Assembly: GCA_902793295.1 (NCBI GenBank)
Contig: CADBDA010000009.1
Coordinates: 13,202-77,201 of the forward strand
Direction of reading: 5' to 3'
Length of the DNA stretch: 64,000 bases
Source of the DNA: an uncultured Bacteroidota bacterium
Lineage (GTDB): Bacteria; Bacteroidota; Bacteroidia; Bacteroidales; P3
This document shows positions 28,619-37,162 of this stretch, piece by piece; within the stretch, counting starts at the first letter, position 1; every line of letters begins with the position of its first letter. Both the position numbers and the translations under genes were made by a program. The notes below the pieces were generated by a model. It ran no database searches, had not been told where the DNA came from, and was given only the letters and a program-made list of their open reading frames with translations.

Positions 28619-29791
28619 ATGGATAAGCTGCTGCAACGATATAGAAACCAGCTTGATAATACCAGTGTTGGTTTTGTTAGATACCCTCAAAACGCCATTC
28701 AATGGGGTGCTCGACTGAACGCAATCCTCGGCGCACGAGGAGTTGGTAAGACAACTTTAATCTTTCAACACATCAAACTTTCGGGGCAGCGCGACACATC
28801 GTTAGTCGTCTTCGCCGACGACATCTATTTTGCAAATCATTCTTTGCTTGATTTGGCTGATGCTTTCTACAAAGATGGTGGAAAGTATCTGTACATCGAC
28901 GAAGTGCATAAATATGCCAATTGGTCAACAGAAATCAAGAACATCTATGATCAGATTCCACAACTGAATATCGTATACACAGGTTCATCCATCCTTGATT
29001 TAGAGAAAGGCGGTGCCGACCTCTCCCGTCGGCAGTTGAAGAATTATATGTATGGCATGTCGTTTCGCGAGTGGCTGCAAATGGTAAAGGGTATTGATGT
29101 TCCGGTGCTGTCTTTCGAACAGATACTTGCTGGCAAAATACAATTCCCCTATGACCAGCATCGTCCGTTGCTTTTGTTCAAAGAGTATTTACAGAATGGG
29201 TACTACCCTTTCTGTATTGAGGATAATTACCTTGAGCGACTGAACGCGGTGATTGACCAGACCCTCGAGACCGACATACCACAATTTGCAGGGCTAAGTG
29301 TGGGTGTTATGCGCAAACTGAAGAAGTTGATGCAAATTATTTCACAAATCTCACCATTCAAACCCAACTATAGCGACCTGGCACGAGACCTGACAATCAA
29401 TCGCGGCGACCTGAAAGATTATCTGTACTATTTAGAGAAATCGGGTCTTATTCAATGTCTTTACGCGCCAGACAAAGGTATGAGCCTTCTGGCTAAAATG
29501 GAGAAGATTTATCTTGATAACCCCAACCTGATGTATGCGCTTGGAGGCAGGTTGGTTGATACAGGTAATCTGCGCGAAACATTCTTTTACAACCAAATGC
29601 GCGTCCGTAATGAAGTTCGTGGTTCCGAGGTGTCCGATTTCACCATCGGGGATTACACATTCGAAGTCGGAGGCAGGAAAAAGACTCGTCGACAGATTTC
29701 CGACATACCGAATGGCTATGTGGTTAAAGACGACATTGAGTATGCCTATAAGAACACCATTCCCCTTTGGGCTTTTGGCCTAAACTATTAA
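28619..29791 (+). CDS. AAA+ ATPase (AAA_14 / DUF4143-type ATP-binding protein)
   Basis: Walker A GARGVGKTT and Walker B YLYIDEVH, with a long C-terminal DUF4143-like region. The gene and its flanks are visibly more AT-rich than their neighbours. Confidence 0.7.
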   Translation: MDKLLQRYRNQLDNTSVGFVRYPQNAIQWGARLNAILGARGVGKTTLIFQHIKLSGQRDTSLVVFADDIYFANHSLLDLADAFYKDGGKYLYIDEVHKYANWSTEIKNIYDQIPQLNIVYTGSSILDLEKGGADLSRRQLKNYMYGMSFREWLQMVKGIDVPVLSFEQILAGKIQFPYDQHRPLLLFKEYLQNGYYPFCIEDNYLERLNAVIDQTLETDIPQFAGLSVGVMRKLKKLMQIISQISPFKPNYSDLARDLTINRGDLKDYLYYLEKSGLIQCLYAPDKGMSLLAKMEKIYLDNPNLMYALGGRLVDTGNLRETFFYNQMRVRNEVRGSEVSDFTIGDYTFEVGGRKKTRRQISDIPNGYVVKDDIEYAYKNTIPLWAFGLNY

Positions 29792-29844
29792 AATAATGGC
29801 TATATTTGGTGAACCCTCACCCGTTATGCCAATAGGATACAAAA

Positions 29845-29879
29845 AAATGAAGAAAGAGCAGTTATTCTTCATTTTTTTT
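29845..29879 (+). terminator. rho-independent terminator
   Basis: The stem is aaatgaagaa paired with ttcttcattt, followed by a T8 run. Confidence 0.65.
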
Positions 29880-29924
29880 GCACCTTGAGTAAGATTTGGG
29901 TAAAAATCACGTCTTATATTATAG

Positions 29925-30422
29925 ATGGAGCAACATAGCAGACAGCGATACGAGGACTACAAGTCCTTTATGCGGCGACACCAGAAAACGGTGTGGCGCG
30001 TCTGCTACGACTTTGCCCGTGGCGACATACCCCGCTGCGAGGATATGGTGCAGGAGGTGTGGATTATGCTCTGGCTCAAGTTCGACACGATGAAGGGTCA
30101 GTCGGAGTGGCAGCAGAGAGTATGGGTGCGGAGGGTGACACGCAGCGTTCTGGTCGACCTCTACCGAAAGAAACATCCTGACTTGGAACCCGTCACCGAA
30201 GAGATGACAGCGTCTGTCGCCACCGAAGAGAGCGATGTCGCCGAGCGGATTGACGACCTCTTTTCCGTCCTCACCCCCGACGAGCAACGCCTGATGCGTA
30301 TGCGACTTGAAGGCTACTCGGCCGAGGAGATAGCTGCCGGGCTTAAAATAGAATCTAACGCTGTATATCAACGTGTAAACCGAATAATGAATAAACTGAG
30401 ACAATATGCAACAAGACTATAA
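29925..30422 (+). CDS. ECF-type RNA polymerase sigma factor (module 1)
   Basis: Region-2-like segment VWRVCYDFARG...EDMVQEVWIMLWLKF. Region-4 HTH LTPDEQRLMRMRLEGYSAEEIAAGLKIESNAVYQRVNRI. Confidence 0.75.
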   Translation: MEQHSRQRYEDYKSFMRRHQKTVWRVCYDFARGDIPRCEDMVQEVWIMLWLKFDTMKGQSEWQQRVWVRRVTRSVLVDLYRKKHPDLEPVTEEMTASVATEESDVAERIDDLFSVLTPDEQRLMRMRLEGYSAEEIAAGLKIESNAVYQRVNRIMNKLRQYATRL

Positions 30423-30654
30423 AACCGAGATGCGGGCGATGACTGAAGGCCTTGCCGAATGGTGCCACCGACGGGAACGCCGCCAGCGGGCCACACGCAC
30501 CCTCATCGGCGCCGCCGTACTGGTCGCCGCCATTACGGTGACAGCGGTGGCACTCCTCGTCCCGCCGAGCACCGACACCTTCGTCAGCGGCAACCCACAA
30601 TGCTGCGCCGTAGAAGCCTGTGATAGAATAACCTTAATACTTGCAAAGATATGA
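30406..30654 (+). CDS. single-pass membrane protein, putative anti-sigma factor (module 1)
   Basis: It overlaps the sigma gene by 17 nt. It has a basic juxtamembrane stretch (HRRERRQRATR), a TM helix (LIGAAVLVAAITVTAVALLV) and a short Cys-rich external tail. Confidence 0.5.
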   Translation: MQQDYKTEMRAMTEGLAEWCHRRERRQRATRTLIGAAVLVAAITVTAVALLVPPSTDTFVSGNPQCCAVEACDRITLILAKI

Positions 30655-31118
30655 AACGACCTATTACAACAATCATTTTAGTGTTGGCCGTCGCAACGGC
30701 GGTTGGCGTTGTCGTGTGGCGGCACGTGCTACCCATGCGTCGTGTCAGTGACCTCTACCGCCATTACGAGCATGCCGACGGCATAGCCGCCAGCTACATC
30801 CACAACTACCACGTAAACGACACCATCACCCTCGACGTCACCCTCCTCGAAGCTACTACCGACAGCGCCTGGCAGGCACTCTGTTCCGACTTCGCCATCA
30901 CCAACATTGTCGATACCATAAAACAAATCGCCCCTGACGTCGTCTTCTCCCGTTTGGTCAACCGTCACGATTACTCACAAGTCGCCTTCGGCGACTCCCC
31001 CGACGCCGAGATCCTTGCCATCTCATGCGACACCAAGACATTCTCCATCTTCCATATCCATGACACAACCGAGATACATGCAGTCTTTTGGCACAATTAC
31101 CACAACATCGACAAATAA
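30651..31118 (+). CDS. membrane-anchored hypothetical protein (module 1), paralog of 41721..42353
   Basis: ATGA overlap with the upstream gene. It has an N-terminal TM helix. The block LYRHYEHADGIAASYIHNY...TDSAWQALCSDFAI aligns by eye with VYLQYADRKDMTVAMIGDY...NAEGWLRLCEEFGV. Confidence 0.5.
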   Translation: MKRPITTIILVLAVATAVGVVVWRHVLPMRRVSDLYRHYEHADGIAASYIHNYHVNDTITLDVTLLEATTDSAWQALCSDFAITNIVDTIKQIAPDVVFSRLVNRHDYSQVAFGDSPDAEILAISCDTKTFSIFHIHDTTEIHAVFWHNYHNIDK

Positions 31119-31220
31119 ACCAACAAGGGCAGCAAATAAAAACCTTTCCTCAATCTGTAAGATTTGACCCGTTTTTGGTGTATTGTATTTGTAGAAGAAT
31201 AACAATTAAAACATATAACA

Positions 31221-32903
31221 ATGAAACGTACAAAAACACTCATTGCATTCCTCGCGGTGCTGGCATTTGCAGCAAATATGCACGGCCAATCTGTCTACGA
31301 CTTTTCTGCCGCCGCACCGACCGGGCAGACGCTCTACTACAAAATCAGCGACTCGGCACAGGTCAGCGTGGTCAACCCGCGCACCAACAACAGCGACAGC
31401 AACTATGTCGCCGGCGACCTGGTCATCCCCGAAACGGTATCCTATTGCGGAACCACCTACACGGTGACCAGCCTCTCGACCCACAACTTTATGATGGGCA
31501 CTTTCTACAACTGCAAGACCCTGACGTCGGTCTATGTGCCCAACAGCGTGAAAACAATGGGCGAATACGTCTTCGGCTATTGCCCGTCGCTCGTCTCCGT
31601 CCACCTGCCCGACAGCATAACGTCCATTCCCAGTATGGCATTCGAAGACTGCACCAGCCTGCCGTCAATCACCATCGGCCGGTGCGTCAGGAACATCTTC
31701 TCCGACGCATTCCTTCACTGCTACGCAATCTCGGAGCTGCATCTGCTTGCCAGCGTCGCACCCACGGTCGGCTATCGTGCCCTGTGGAACATCCCCGACA
31801 CGGCGAGGGTCTACATCCCCTGTGGCAGCACCTCGTCATACGCGGCCGTGCCGGAATGGAACAACCATTTCTCCGCTTTCATCGAAGAACCTGCATTTGT
31901 GCTGGAAGTGTCGGTCGACGATGAAACGCACGGAAGTGCCGAGATTGTCAGCCATCCCACTTGCGACAACCCGCAGGCTGTGCTGCTTGCCACAGCCAAC
32001 GAAGGCTACCGCTTCGAGGGGTGGGGCATCACCCCCGGCTACCAGAACATTGTCACCGACAACCCGCTCACCGTCACGGTGTCGGACGATATGGCCATCG
32101 TGGCCTATTTCGCCGCCGACAGCACCGGAATGCGCGAATACCAGTCCTACTTCGGACAAGAGACCACGGTGTGGAACGCTGTGGGGGCCTACTACGACTG
32201 CCCCTGGGAAAACTACGTGATACGCATTGCTGGCGACACGGTGATAGACCAGCAGCACTACAAAAAAGCCGAGTATTCGAGTGTTTACTGGCAAGGCGGA
32301 TATGAGGAGCTGCGCGTGCCGGAATACGATTTGCTGCTGCGCGAAGAGCGCACCACGGGACGTCTCTGGGGACGCTATGCCGACGAGGATGAGGACTATC
32401 TGATTGCCGATATGTCGCTAAACATTGGCGATACATTTTATATGCGTAACGGATATGGCACCATCGCCCACATCGTCCAAGACACCGCTACGGTTGATTC
32501 ACGCCGCATCATCGTTTTGAGCGACAACACCTACTATGGCGAACCCCTGCGATTTGTAGAAGGCATCGGGTGCACCGATATGGGCTATCTGAGAAACGGT
32601 TTTTCGCTTGGCGGCCCTCTTGTATGCTGCCACAAGGACGGCGAACTGGTGTATCACAATCCGCTGCCCGGCTTCCCCGAGGACGACTGCATCATCCGCG
32701 CTGTCGGCATCGATGAGGTGCCGGCCGACGCTGTCAGGGTCTATTCCCGCGGAGGCGATATCGTTGTCGAAGGTGCCGACGGCGAGAGCGTCCGCATCTA
32801 CGACATCACCGGCCGCAACGTCCGCAACGAGGCATTGCACACGGGAGTTTATATTGTGAAAGTCGGCGACCGTCCAGCACGAAAAGTCGTAGTAATGAAA
32901 TAG
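31221..32903 (+). CDS. T9SS-secreted BspA-type leucine-rich-repeat protein with InlB-B-repeat-like domain
   Basis: Signal peptide, then LRR_5-like units (..AFYNCKTLTSVYVPNSVKTMGEYVFGYCPSLVSVHLPDSITSI...). A GYRFEGWG B-repeat motif is present. The CTD reads VRIYDITGRNV...GVYIVKVGDRPARKVVVMK. Confidence 0.75.
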   Translation: MKRTKTLIAFLAVLAFAANMHGQSVYDFSAAAPTGQTLYYKISDSAQVSVVNPRTNNSDSNYVAGDLVIPETVSYCGTTYTVTSLSTHNFMMGTFYNCKTLTSVYVPNSVKTMGEYVFGYCPSLVSVHLPDSITSIPSMAFEDCTSLPSITIGRCVRNIFSDAFLHCYAISELHLLASVAPTVGYRALWNIPDTARVYIPCGSTSSYAAVPEWNNHFSAFIEEPAFVLEVSVDDETHGSAEIVSHPTCDNPQAVLLATANEGYRFEGWGITPGYQNIVTDNPLTVTVSDDMAIVAYFAADSTGMREYQSYFGQETTVWNAVGAYYDCPWENYVIRIAGDTVIDQQHYKKAEYSSVYWQGGYEELRVPEYDLLLREERTTGRLWGRYADEDEDYLIADMSLNIGDTFYMRNGYGTIAHIVQDTATVDSRRIIVLSDNTYYGEPLRFVEGIGCTDMGYLRNGFSLGGPLVCCHKDGELVYHNPLPGFPEDDCIIRAVGIDEVPADAVRVYSRGGDIVVEGADGESVRIYDITGRNVRNEALHTGVYIVKVGDRPARKVVVMK

Positions 32904-32958
32904 TAAACCATCAAATACATAATCAATATGACACACCACATCATCAAATCCCTCGCCG
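32877..32958 (+). repeat. junction repeat copy A (CTD tail + 24-nt spacer + MTHHIIK start)
   Basis: 60 bp (32889-32948) are identical to 43142-43201. About 80 bp are near-identical overall. Confidence 0.9.
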
Positions 32959-33014
32959 CCCTCGCCTTGGGTGCTGAAGGGCAAAAGGGGACAGGTTATT
33001 TTTGCCCTTTCTGA
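32928..33014 (+). pseudogene. truncated remnant of an exported-protein gene (signal peptide only, 28 codons)
   Basis: MTHHIIKSLAALALGA... runs directly into the REP-like hairpin at 32979 and stops at 33012-33014. Confidence 0.55.
32979..33007 (+). repeat. REP-like hairpin, left copy
   Basis: gggcaaaaggggacaggttatttttgccc has an internal 8-bp stem (gggcaaaa with ttttgccc). It is the inverted partner of 33498-33526, matching at 27 of 28 positions. Confidence 0.85.
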
Positions 33015-33029
33015 TAGGGGTAGTTTATA

Positions 33030-33395
33030 CTATTTGTCATAACGCGTTCGGATTTGTTTTGTGGTTAGTCCGGTATGGCTTACAACCTGTCGGACCGAAG
33101 CCCCGGCATCGAGGACAGCCCTGACGGCCATATCCTGCACGTCGCGCGGCAGCAGCTGAAATTCGGAAATATTCATTGTCATCAGGCACCAGGCATAGAT
33201 TGTACAGTTATGTCGTTGGCAGGAGTCGCCGACATCATTTTTTGCGAATGGAAGGGAACTTAAAATGCGAATGAAACGGTTGTAATCCTCTTCGTCGTCG
33301 AAGATGTTCTGGCGATTGATGCCTCGCATCATCACGTGGTAAATGCCGAATTCCGATTTTGTCCTTGCTTGTCGAGGCGTACAGAAGATGGGTTA
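33030..33395 (-). pseudogene. degenerate IS200/RAYT-like Y1 (HUH) transposase
   Basis: The frame reads ...ARTKSEFGIYHVMMRGINRQNIFDDEEDYNRFIRIL...YAWCLM, which contains the HUH-type YHVM motif. There is no in-frame start upstream of the HUH motif. The expected LMSNH.H block and catalytic Tyr region are missing, so the sequence jumps to an HTH-like C-terminus. Confidence 0.6.
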
Positions 33396-33497
33396 TGTCT
33401 TTGAGAGACTTTTTTGACAAGGGATTTGAAGAGATAACGGCGAATATGTCGTTTTGTTGTTGCTTTCTTCACACATCTCCGACAAAATATCTATGCA

Positions 33498-33526
33498 GGG
33501 GCAAAAATGACCTGTCCCCTTTTGCC
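33498..33526 (-). repeat. REP-like hairpin, right copy (inverted)
   Basis: ggggcaaaaatgacctgtccccttttgcc is the reverse complement of the left copy with one mismatch. Confidence 0.85.
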
Positions 33527-33669
33527 TCAAAATGATATAAATCAATATTTAGCAAAAAAACGAAGAATCCGAAGCAACAATTTTGCCATTTTTTGTTACT
33601 ATATATACAAAAGGGGGAAATTATATCAATTTTAAACTCATCATCATTATAAATTTAATATTTATCAAC

Positions 33670-35658
33670 ATGAAAACACCATTACATTTAAGAATTATTA
33701 TCAGTCTGGCCTTTCTTGCGTTGCCTGGCACGCTTTTCGCAATGCGTCACACACCGTCGGATGTCGACGACACCATCCCTGCCGAACCCCGTTGCGACAA
33801 GTACTATTACACCAAATGGTTCGACGACTGCCCGAACTGGCGACCCAATGGGGTTTGGGACAGCTGTTTCTGCTTTAAGTATGAGTTTGGCAGATTGTTT
33901 TCGGGCGAGCTTGCCAAATGGGAATATGCCCACAATAGGCGTATGAAAGTAAAAGGCTTGGCGGCTATGGTGAATGCCTACACTCCGCCAACGGTCGACG
34001 GTGCCCCAGGGAATCTGAAAAACCCCGAATATATGTATATATACCAGATGACGGAGACCGGCCGGACTATTCAGGGAATTGATGTCGAAGTCCGGCTTCA
34101 ACTGCTCGACTCGGTGAGGTGGGACACGGCCACGGCACGCGTTATGGAGTTCCGTCAAGGATGGAACGACGAGTTTGTCCAGTACTGTTATATATATGAG
34201 GCTTATTTTGAGCAACCAGTGTGGGTAGACTCCGATTTCTACATCGTCGGCTCTATGAATACACCTAACAGCAATGGGATGGTATCAACATTTTACGTCG
34301 ATGTTATGGACAACGGTCAATATATGTTAGCAGACAAATATGGCTGCAACGCTAGTGATTATTATTTTTTGTATGGTACCGCTGGACCAACATATCAGCA
34401 GCAGTATAGCTGTCATCTTCCAGGCAGGCCATACGCCTTTTGGGATTTTCAAATCGGTCCTATGTTCAACTACTGGATTAGCGACTGGCCATTGAGCCCA
34501 GTGGGATACTACCTTGTCATTGTGGACAAATGGGACCTCAATGCCGTGCCCAACGAGGTCGGTTGGGGCGAGGTGTTTGGCGGCGGACGCTTCCCCGACG
34601 AGAGCGACGACACCATTACGGCCATTGCCAATCCCGGCTTTGCCTTCGTTTCGTGGAACGACGGCAGCACCGAAAACCCGAGGGTCATTCATCTGATGGG
34701 CGACACAACCTTCACCGCCATCTTCCAAAACACCCAGCAGTTCAATCTGCAGGTCACAACGTCTGACGATGCGATGGGTACCGTCAGCGGCGGCGGTACG
34801 TACTATGCCTCGGATGTAACCATTACCGCAACCCCCAACGCTGGTCACAGATTTAACTACTGGAACAGCGGCGACGGCTCGACAGTAATTGCCACCAATC
34901 CTTTAACGGTCCATCTCGTCAGCGACACCGCCTTTGTCGCCGTCTTTGAGGATGTCAGCAATCAGACGTTCAACCTGCAAGTCTCGTCAGCAAATGCTTC
35001 GATGGGCTCCGTCACCGGCGGCGGCAGCTACCCCGGCGGCACCAGCCACACCATCACCGCAGTACCCACAGAGAATAGATTTGGCTTCACGCATTGGAGC
35101 ACAGCCACTGGCGACAGCCTGACCGACAATCCCCTCACTTTATACCTCACCCGCGACACCGCCTTTGTGGCCCACTTTGTCGAGTTGCCGCAGTATTACT
35201 TGGTGGCGGCAAGCAACAACGAAGCTTGGGGTACAGCCACTGGCACAGGTATGTACTATGAGGGCCAGCAGGCCACACTGACAGCCGTTCCCGCCGAAAA
35301 CTACGTATTCGAAGGCTGGACTGACGGCAATGAGGAATCGCCCCGCATCGTCACCGTCACACAGGACACGGTGTTCGAAGCCATTTTCGCAGTCGACCCG
35401 ACAATAGGCATCAATCAGGCCGCCACACTGGAGTTCTCCGTCTCACCCAACCCCACAACGGGACGGCTGGCAGTGCAGCTGAACCAGCAGGAACCGTATG
35501 AGCTGACAATCTACGACGTAAACGGCAAGGCCGTAATGACCAGAAAGAATGACAATCAAGTATGCGACATCGACCTCAGCGTGCTTGCTGCAGGACAATA
35601 CCTCCTCGTGGTACGCACCAAAGACAAATACGGGGTTAAGACGATTGTCAAGAAGTAG
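33670..35658 (+). CDS. T9SS-secreted protein: unknown Cys/Trp/Tyr-rich N-terminal domain + ~5 InlB-B-repeat-like domains + CTD
   Basis: Signal peptide MKTPLHLRIIISLAFLALPGTLFA (the track start 33583 was trimmed). B-repeat motifs include GFAFVSWNDG, GHRFNYWN, FGFTHWS and YVFEGWTDG. The CTD reads FSVSPNPTTGRLAVQL...YLLVVRTKDKYGVKTIVKK. Confidence 0.75.
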   Translation: MKTPLHLRIIISLAFLALPGTLFAMRHTPSDVDDTIPAEPRCDKYYYTKWFDDCPNWRPNGVWDSCFCFKYEFGRLFSGELAKWEYAHNRRMKVKGLAAMVNAYTPPTVDGAPGNLKNPEYMYIYQMTETGRTIQGIDVEVRLQLLDSVRWDTATARVMEFRQGWNDEFVQYCYIYEAYFEQPVWVDSDFYIVGSMNTPNSNGMVSTFYVDVMDNGQYMLADKYGCNASDYYFLYGTAGPTYQQQYSCHLPGRPYAFWDFQIGPMFNYWISDWPLSPVGYYLVIVDKWDLNAVPNEVGWGEVFGGGRFPDESDDTITAIANPGFAFVSWNDGSTENPRVIHLMGDTTFTAIFQNTQQFNLQVTTSDDAMGTVSGGGTYYASDVTITATPNAGHRFNYWNSGDGSTVIATNPLTVHLVSDTAFVAVFEDVSNQTFNLQVSSANASMGSVTGGGSYPGGTSHTITAVPTENRFGFTHWSTATGDSLTDNPLTLYLTRDTAFVAHFVELPQYYLVAASNNEAWGTATGTGMYYEGQQATLTAVPAENYVFEGWTDGNEESPRIVTVTQDTVFEAIFAVDPTIGINQAATLEFSVSPNPTTGRLAVQLNQQEPYELTIYDVNGKAVMTRKNDNQVCDIDLSVLAAGQYLLVVRTKDKYGVKTIVKK

Positions 35659-35704
35659 CCGCTCAATAATAAATTTGCCAACGCAAAAAAAGCTATTTTA
35701 ACCG

Positions 35705-35733
35705 AGAGCACCAAGTTTTTGGTGCTCTTTTTT
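35705..35733 (+). terminator. rho-independent terminator
   Basis: The stem is agagcaccaa paired with ttggtgctct, followed by a T-run. Confidence 0.7.
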
Positions 35734-35854
35734 GCTTCACTTGTACAGGAATTTAGGTCGTCTCTTTTTCGCTCCGCTGAAAAAGAAAGATTGTTTGTGT
35801 ATCATTTTGGCATCCTGAAACGATATTATAGTAAAACAAACACCCGAAAACGCA

Positions 35855-36355
35855 TTGACCGCAGAGGAATATAATGAAGCCGTGGATTTGTGGGCCGACG
35901 ATGTCTACCGTTTTGCCCTGAGTTGCTGTCGCGACAGCGACCGCAGCCGCGACGCTGTGCAGGAGGCTTTCGCCCGACTCTGGGAGATGCGCGACCGGAT
36001 AGACCAAAAGCGATGCAAGGGCTTCCTGATAATGGTGACGCAGAACAAGTTGCGCGACGATTACCGACACGAGCAGATAGTCGCCGCCTCGCAAGAGGCA
36101 CTAAGCCAGAATCGGGAGACGGAGACCAATCCTGCACACGACATCGACCTGCGCGACGCCCTCGACAAGGCGATGGCCCAGCTGAGCGAACAGCAGCGCA
36201 CCATCCTGACGCTGCACGACTTGGAAGGCTACAGATACGACGTAATTGCATCGATGATGAAGATGAACTACCGGCAGGTGCAGGTTGGCGCCTTCCGAGC
36301 CAGATTAAAAATGAAAGAGATATTAACAAAATTAGGTTACGATGGTAAACAATGA
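35855..36355 (+). CDS. ECF-type RNA polymerase sigma factor (module 2), TTG start
   Basis: Region 2 reads DDVYRFALSCCRDSDRSRDAVQEAFARLWE. Region 4 reads LSEQQRTILTLHDLEGYRYDVIASMMKMNYRQVQVGAFRARLKMK. Confidence 0.75.
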   Translation: MTAEEYNEAVDLWADDVYRFALSCCRDSDRSRDAVQEAFARLWEMRDRIDQKRCKGFLIMVTQNKLRDDYRHEQIVAASQEALSQNRETETNPAHDIDLRDALDKAMAQLSEQQRTILTLHDLEGYRYDVIASMMKMNYRQVQVGAFRARLKMKEILTKLGYDGKQ

Positions 36356-37157
36356 AGGCATAGAACTGATGCTGTTCCAACTGAAGGAAGGGCTGCTGAG
36401 CGACGAGGAGGCACGCAAGGCGACGCTGTTCCTGCAGCAGCACCCCGAATGGCAAGAGGTGGCTGACCTTTACGACCCAATGCTAAAGGCTCCCTCCTAC
36501 CCTGCCGCCGGATTTCCGAACAAGGAGAGCCTGCACAAAACACTGACAAAGACCGCAACAGCATCGTCAAGAGCCATCGCATTGCGTCGGCTTTCCATAG
36601 CAGCCTCCATCCTCGTCGCGGTCGCCATAGTCGCCTGGATATTGTTGATTCCGAATGCAAAGGAAAATGGCACCACTATCGTTGCCGAGAATCGGCAAAA
36701 CAAGAATACCGATTATTTTTCGCAGAAAACAAGTCCCAGTGGTTTACACGAAGACGAAATGAGTGCAGCATCTGAAGGTCGCCAGAGTTCCTTGCAGTCG
36801 ACAGCAACCAAAACCCCAGCTATGTCTGCACAGCAAGAAAAGCGCAACGCACCTGCCGAGCAAGCACCTGCCGAACAGATGCCTGCCGAGCAAGTGCCGA
36901 CCATAAAAGTAACCATAACCGACAAACTGATAGCCTATCTCGACGACGCAGGACCAGACATTCCGGAAACGCCATCTATCAACATTACTGACAAACTGAT
37001 AGCCTATCTGCCAGCCGACACACCGGCCACAGCACCTGCCGAGAGTGCCCCACGGCCCAAGTGGACATACGTTATAGAAGACCTGTGGAACGGGGTGCAA
37101 CTGGCTTACACCGAACGCCAAAACGAAATAATCGACATATTCACAAATAAAAACTGA
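36342..37157 (+). CDS. single-pass anti-sigma-like membrane protein with repetitive external domain (module 2)
   Basis: It overlaps the sigma gene by 14 nt. The TM helix is LSIAASILVAVAIVAWILLI. The external part carries APAEQ x3 and ITDKLIAYL x2 repeats. Confidence 0.55.
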   Translation: MVNNEGIELMLFQLKEGLLSDEEARKATLFLQQHPEWQEVADLYDPMLKAPSYPAAGFPNKESLHKTLTKTATASSRAIALRRLSIAASILVAVAIVAWILLIPNAKENGTTIVAENRQNKNTDYFSQKTSPSGLHEDEMSAASEGRQSSLQSTATKTPAMSAQQEKRNAPAEQAPAEQMPAEQVPTIKVTITDKLIAYLDDAGPDIPETPSINITDKLIAYLPADTPATAPAESAPRPKWTYVIEDLWNGVQLAYTERQNEIIDIFTNKN

Positions 37158-37162
37158 AACTT

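Noticed and set aside
33235-33420. 61-aa ORF (MSKKSLKDITHLLYAS...) upstream of the RAYT fragment
   Set aside because: It is out of frame with the HUH block and overlaps it. It most likely represents frameshifted debris of the same transposase pseudogene rather than a separate gene.
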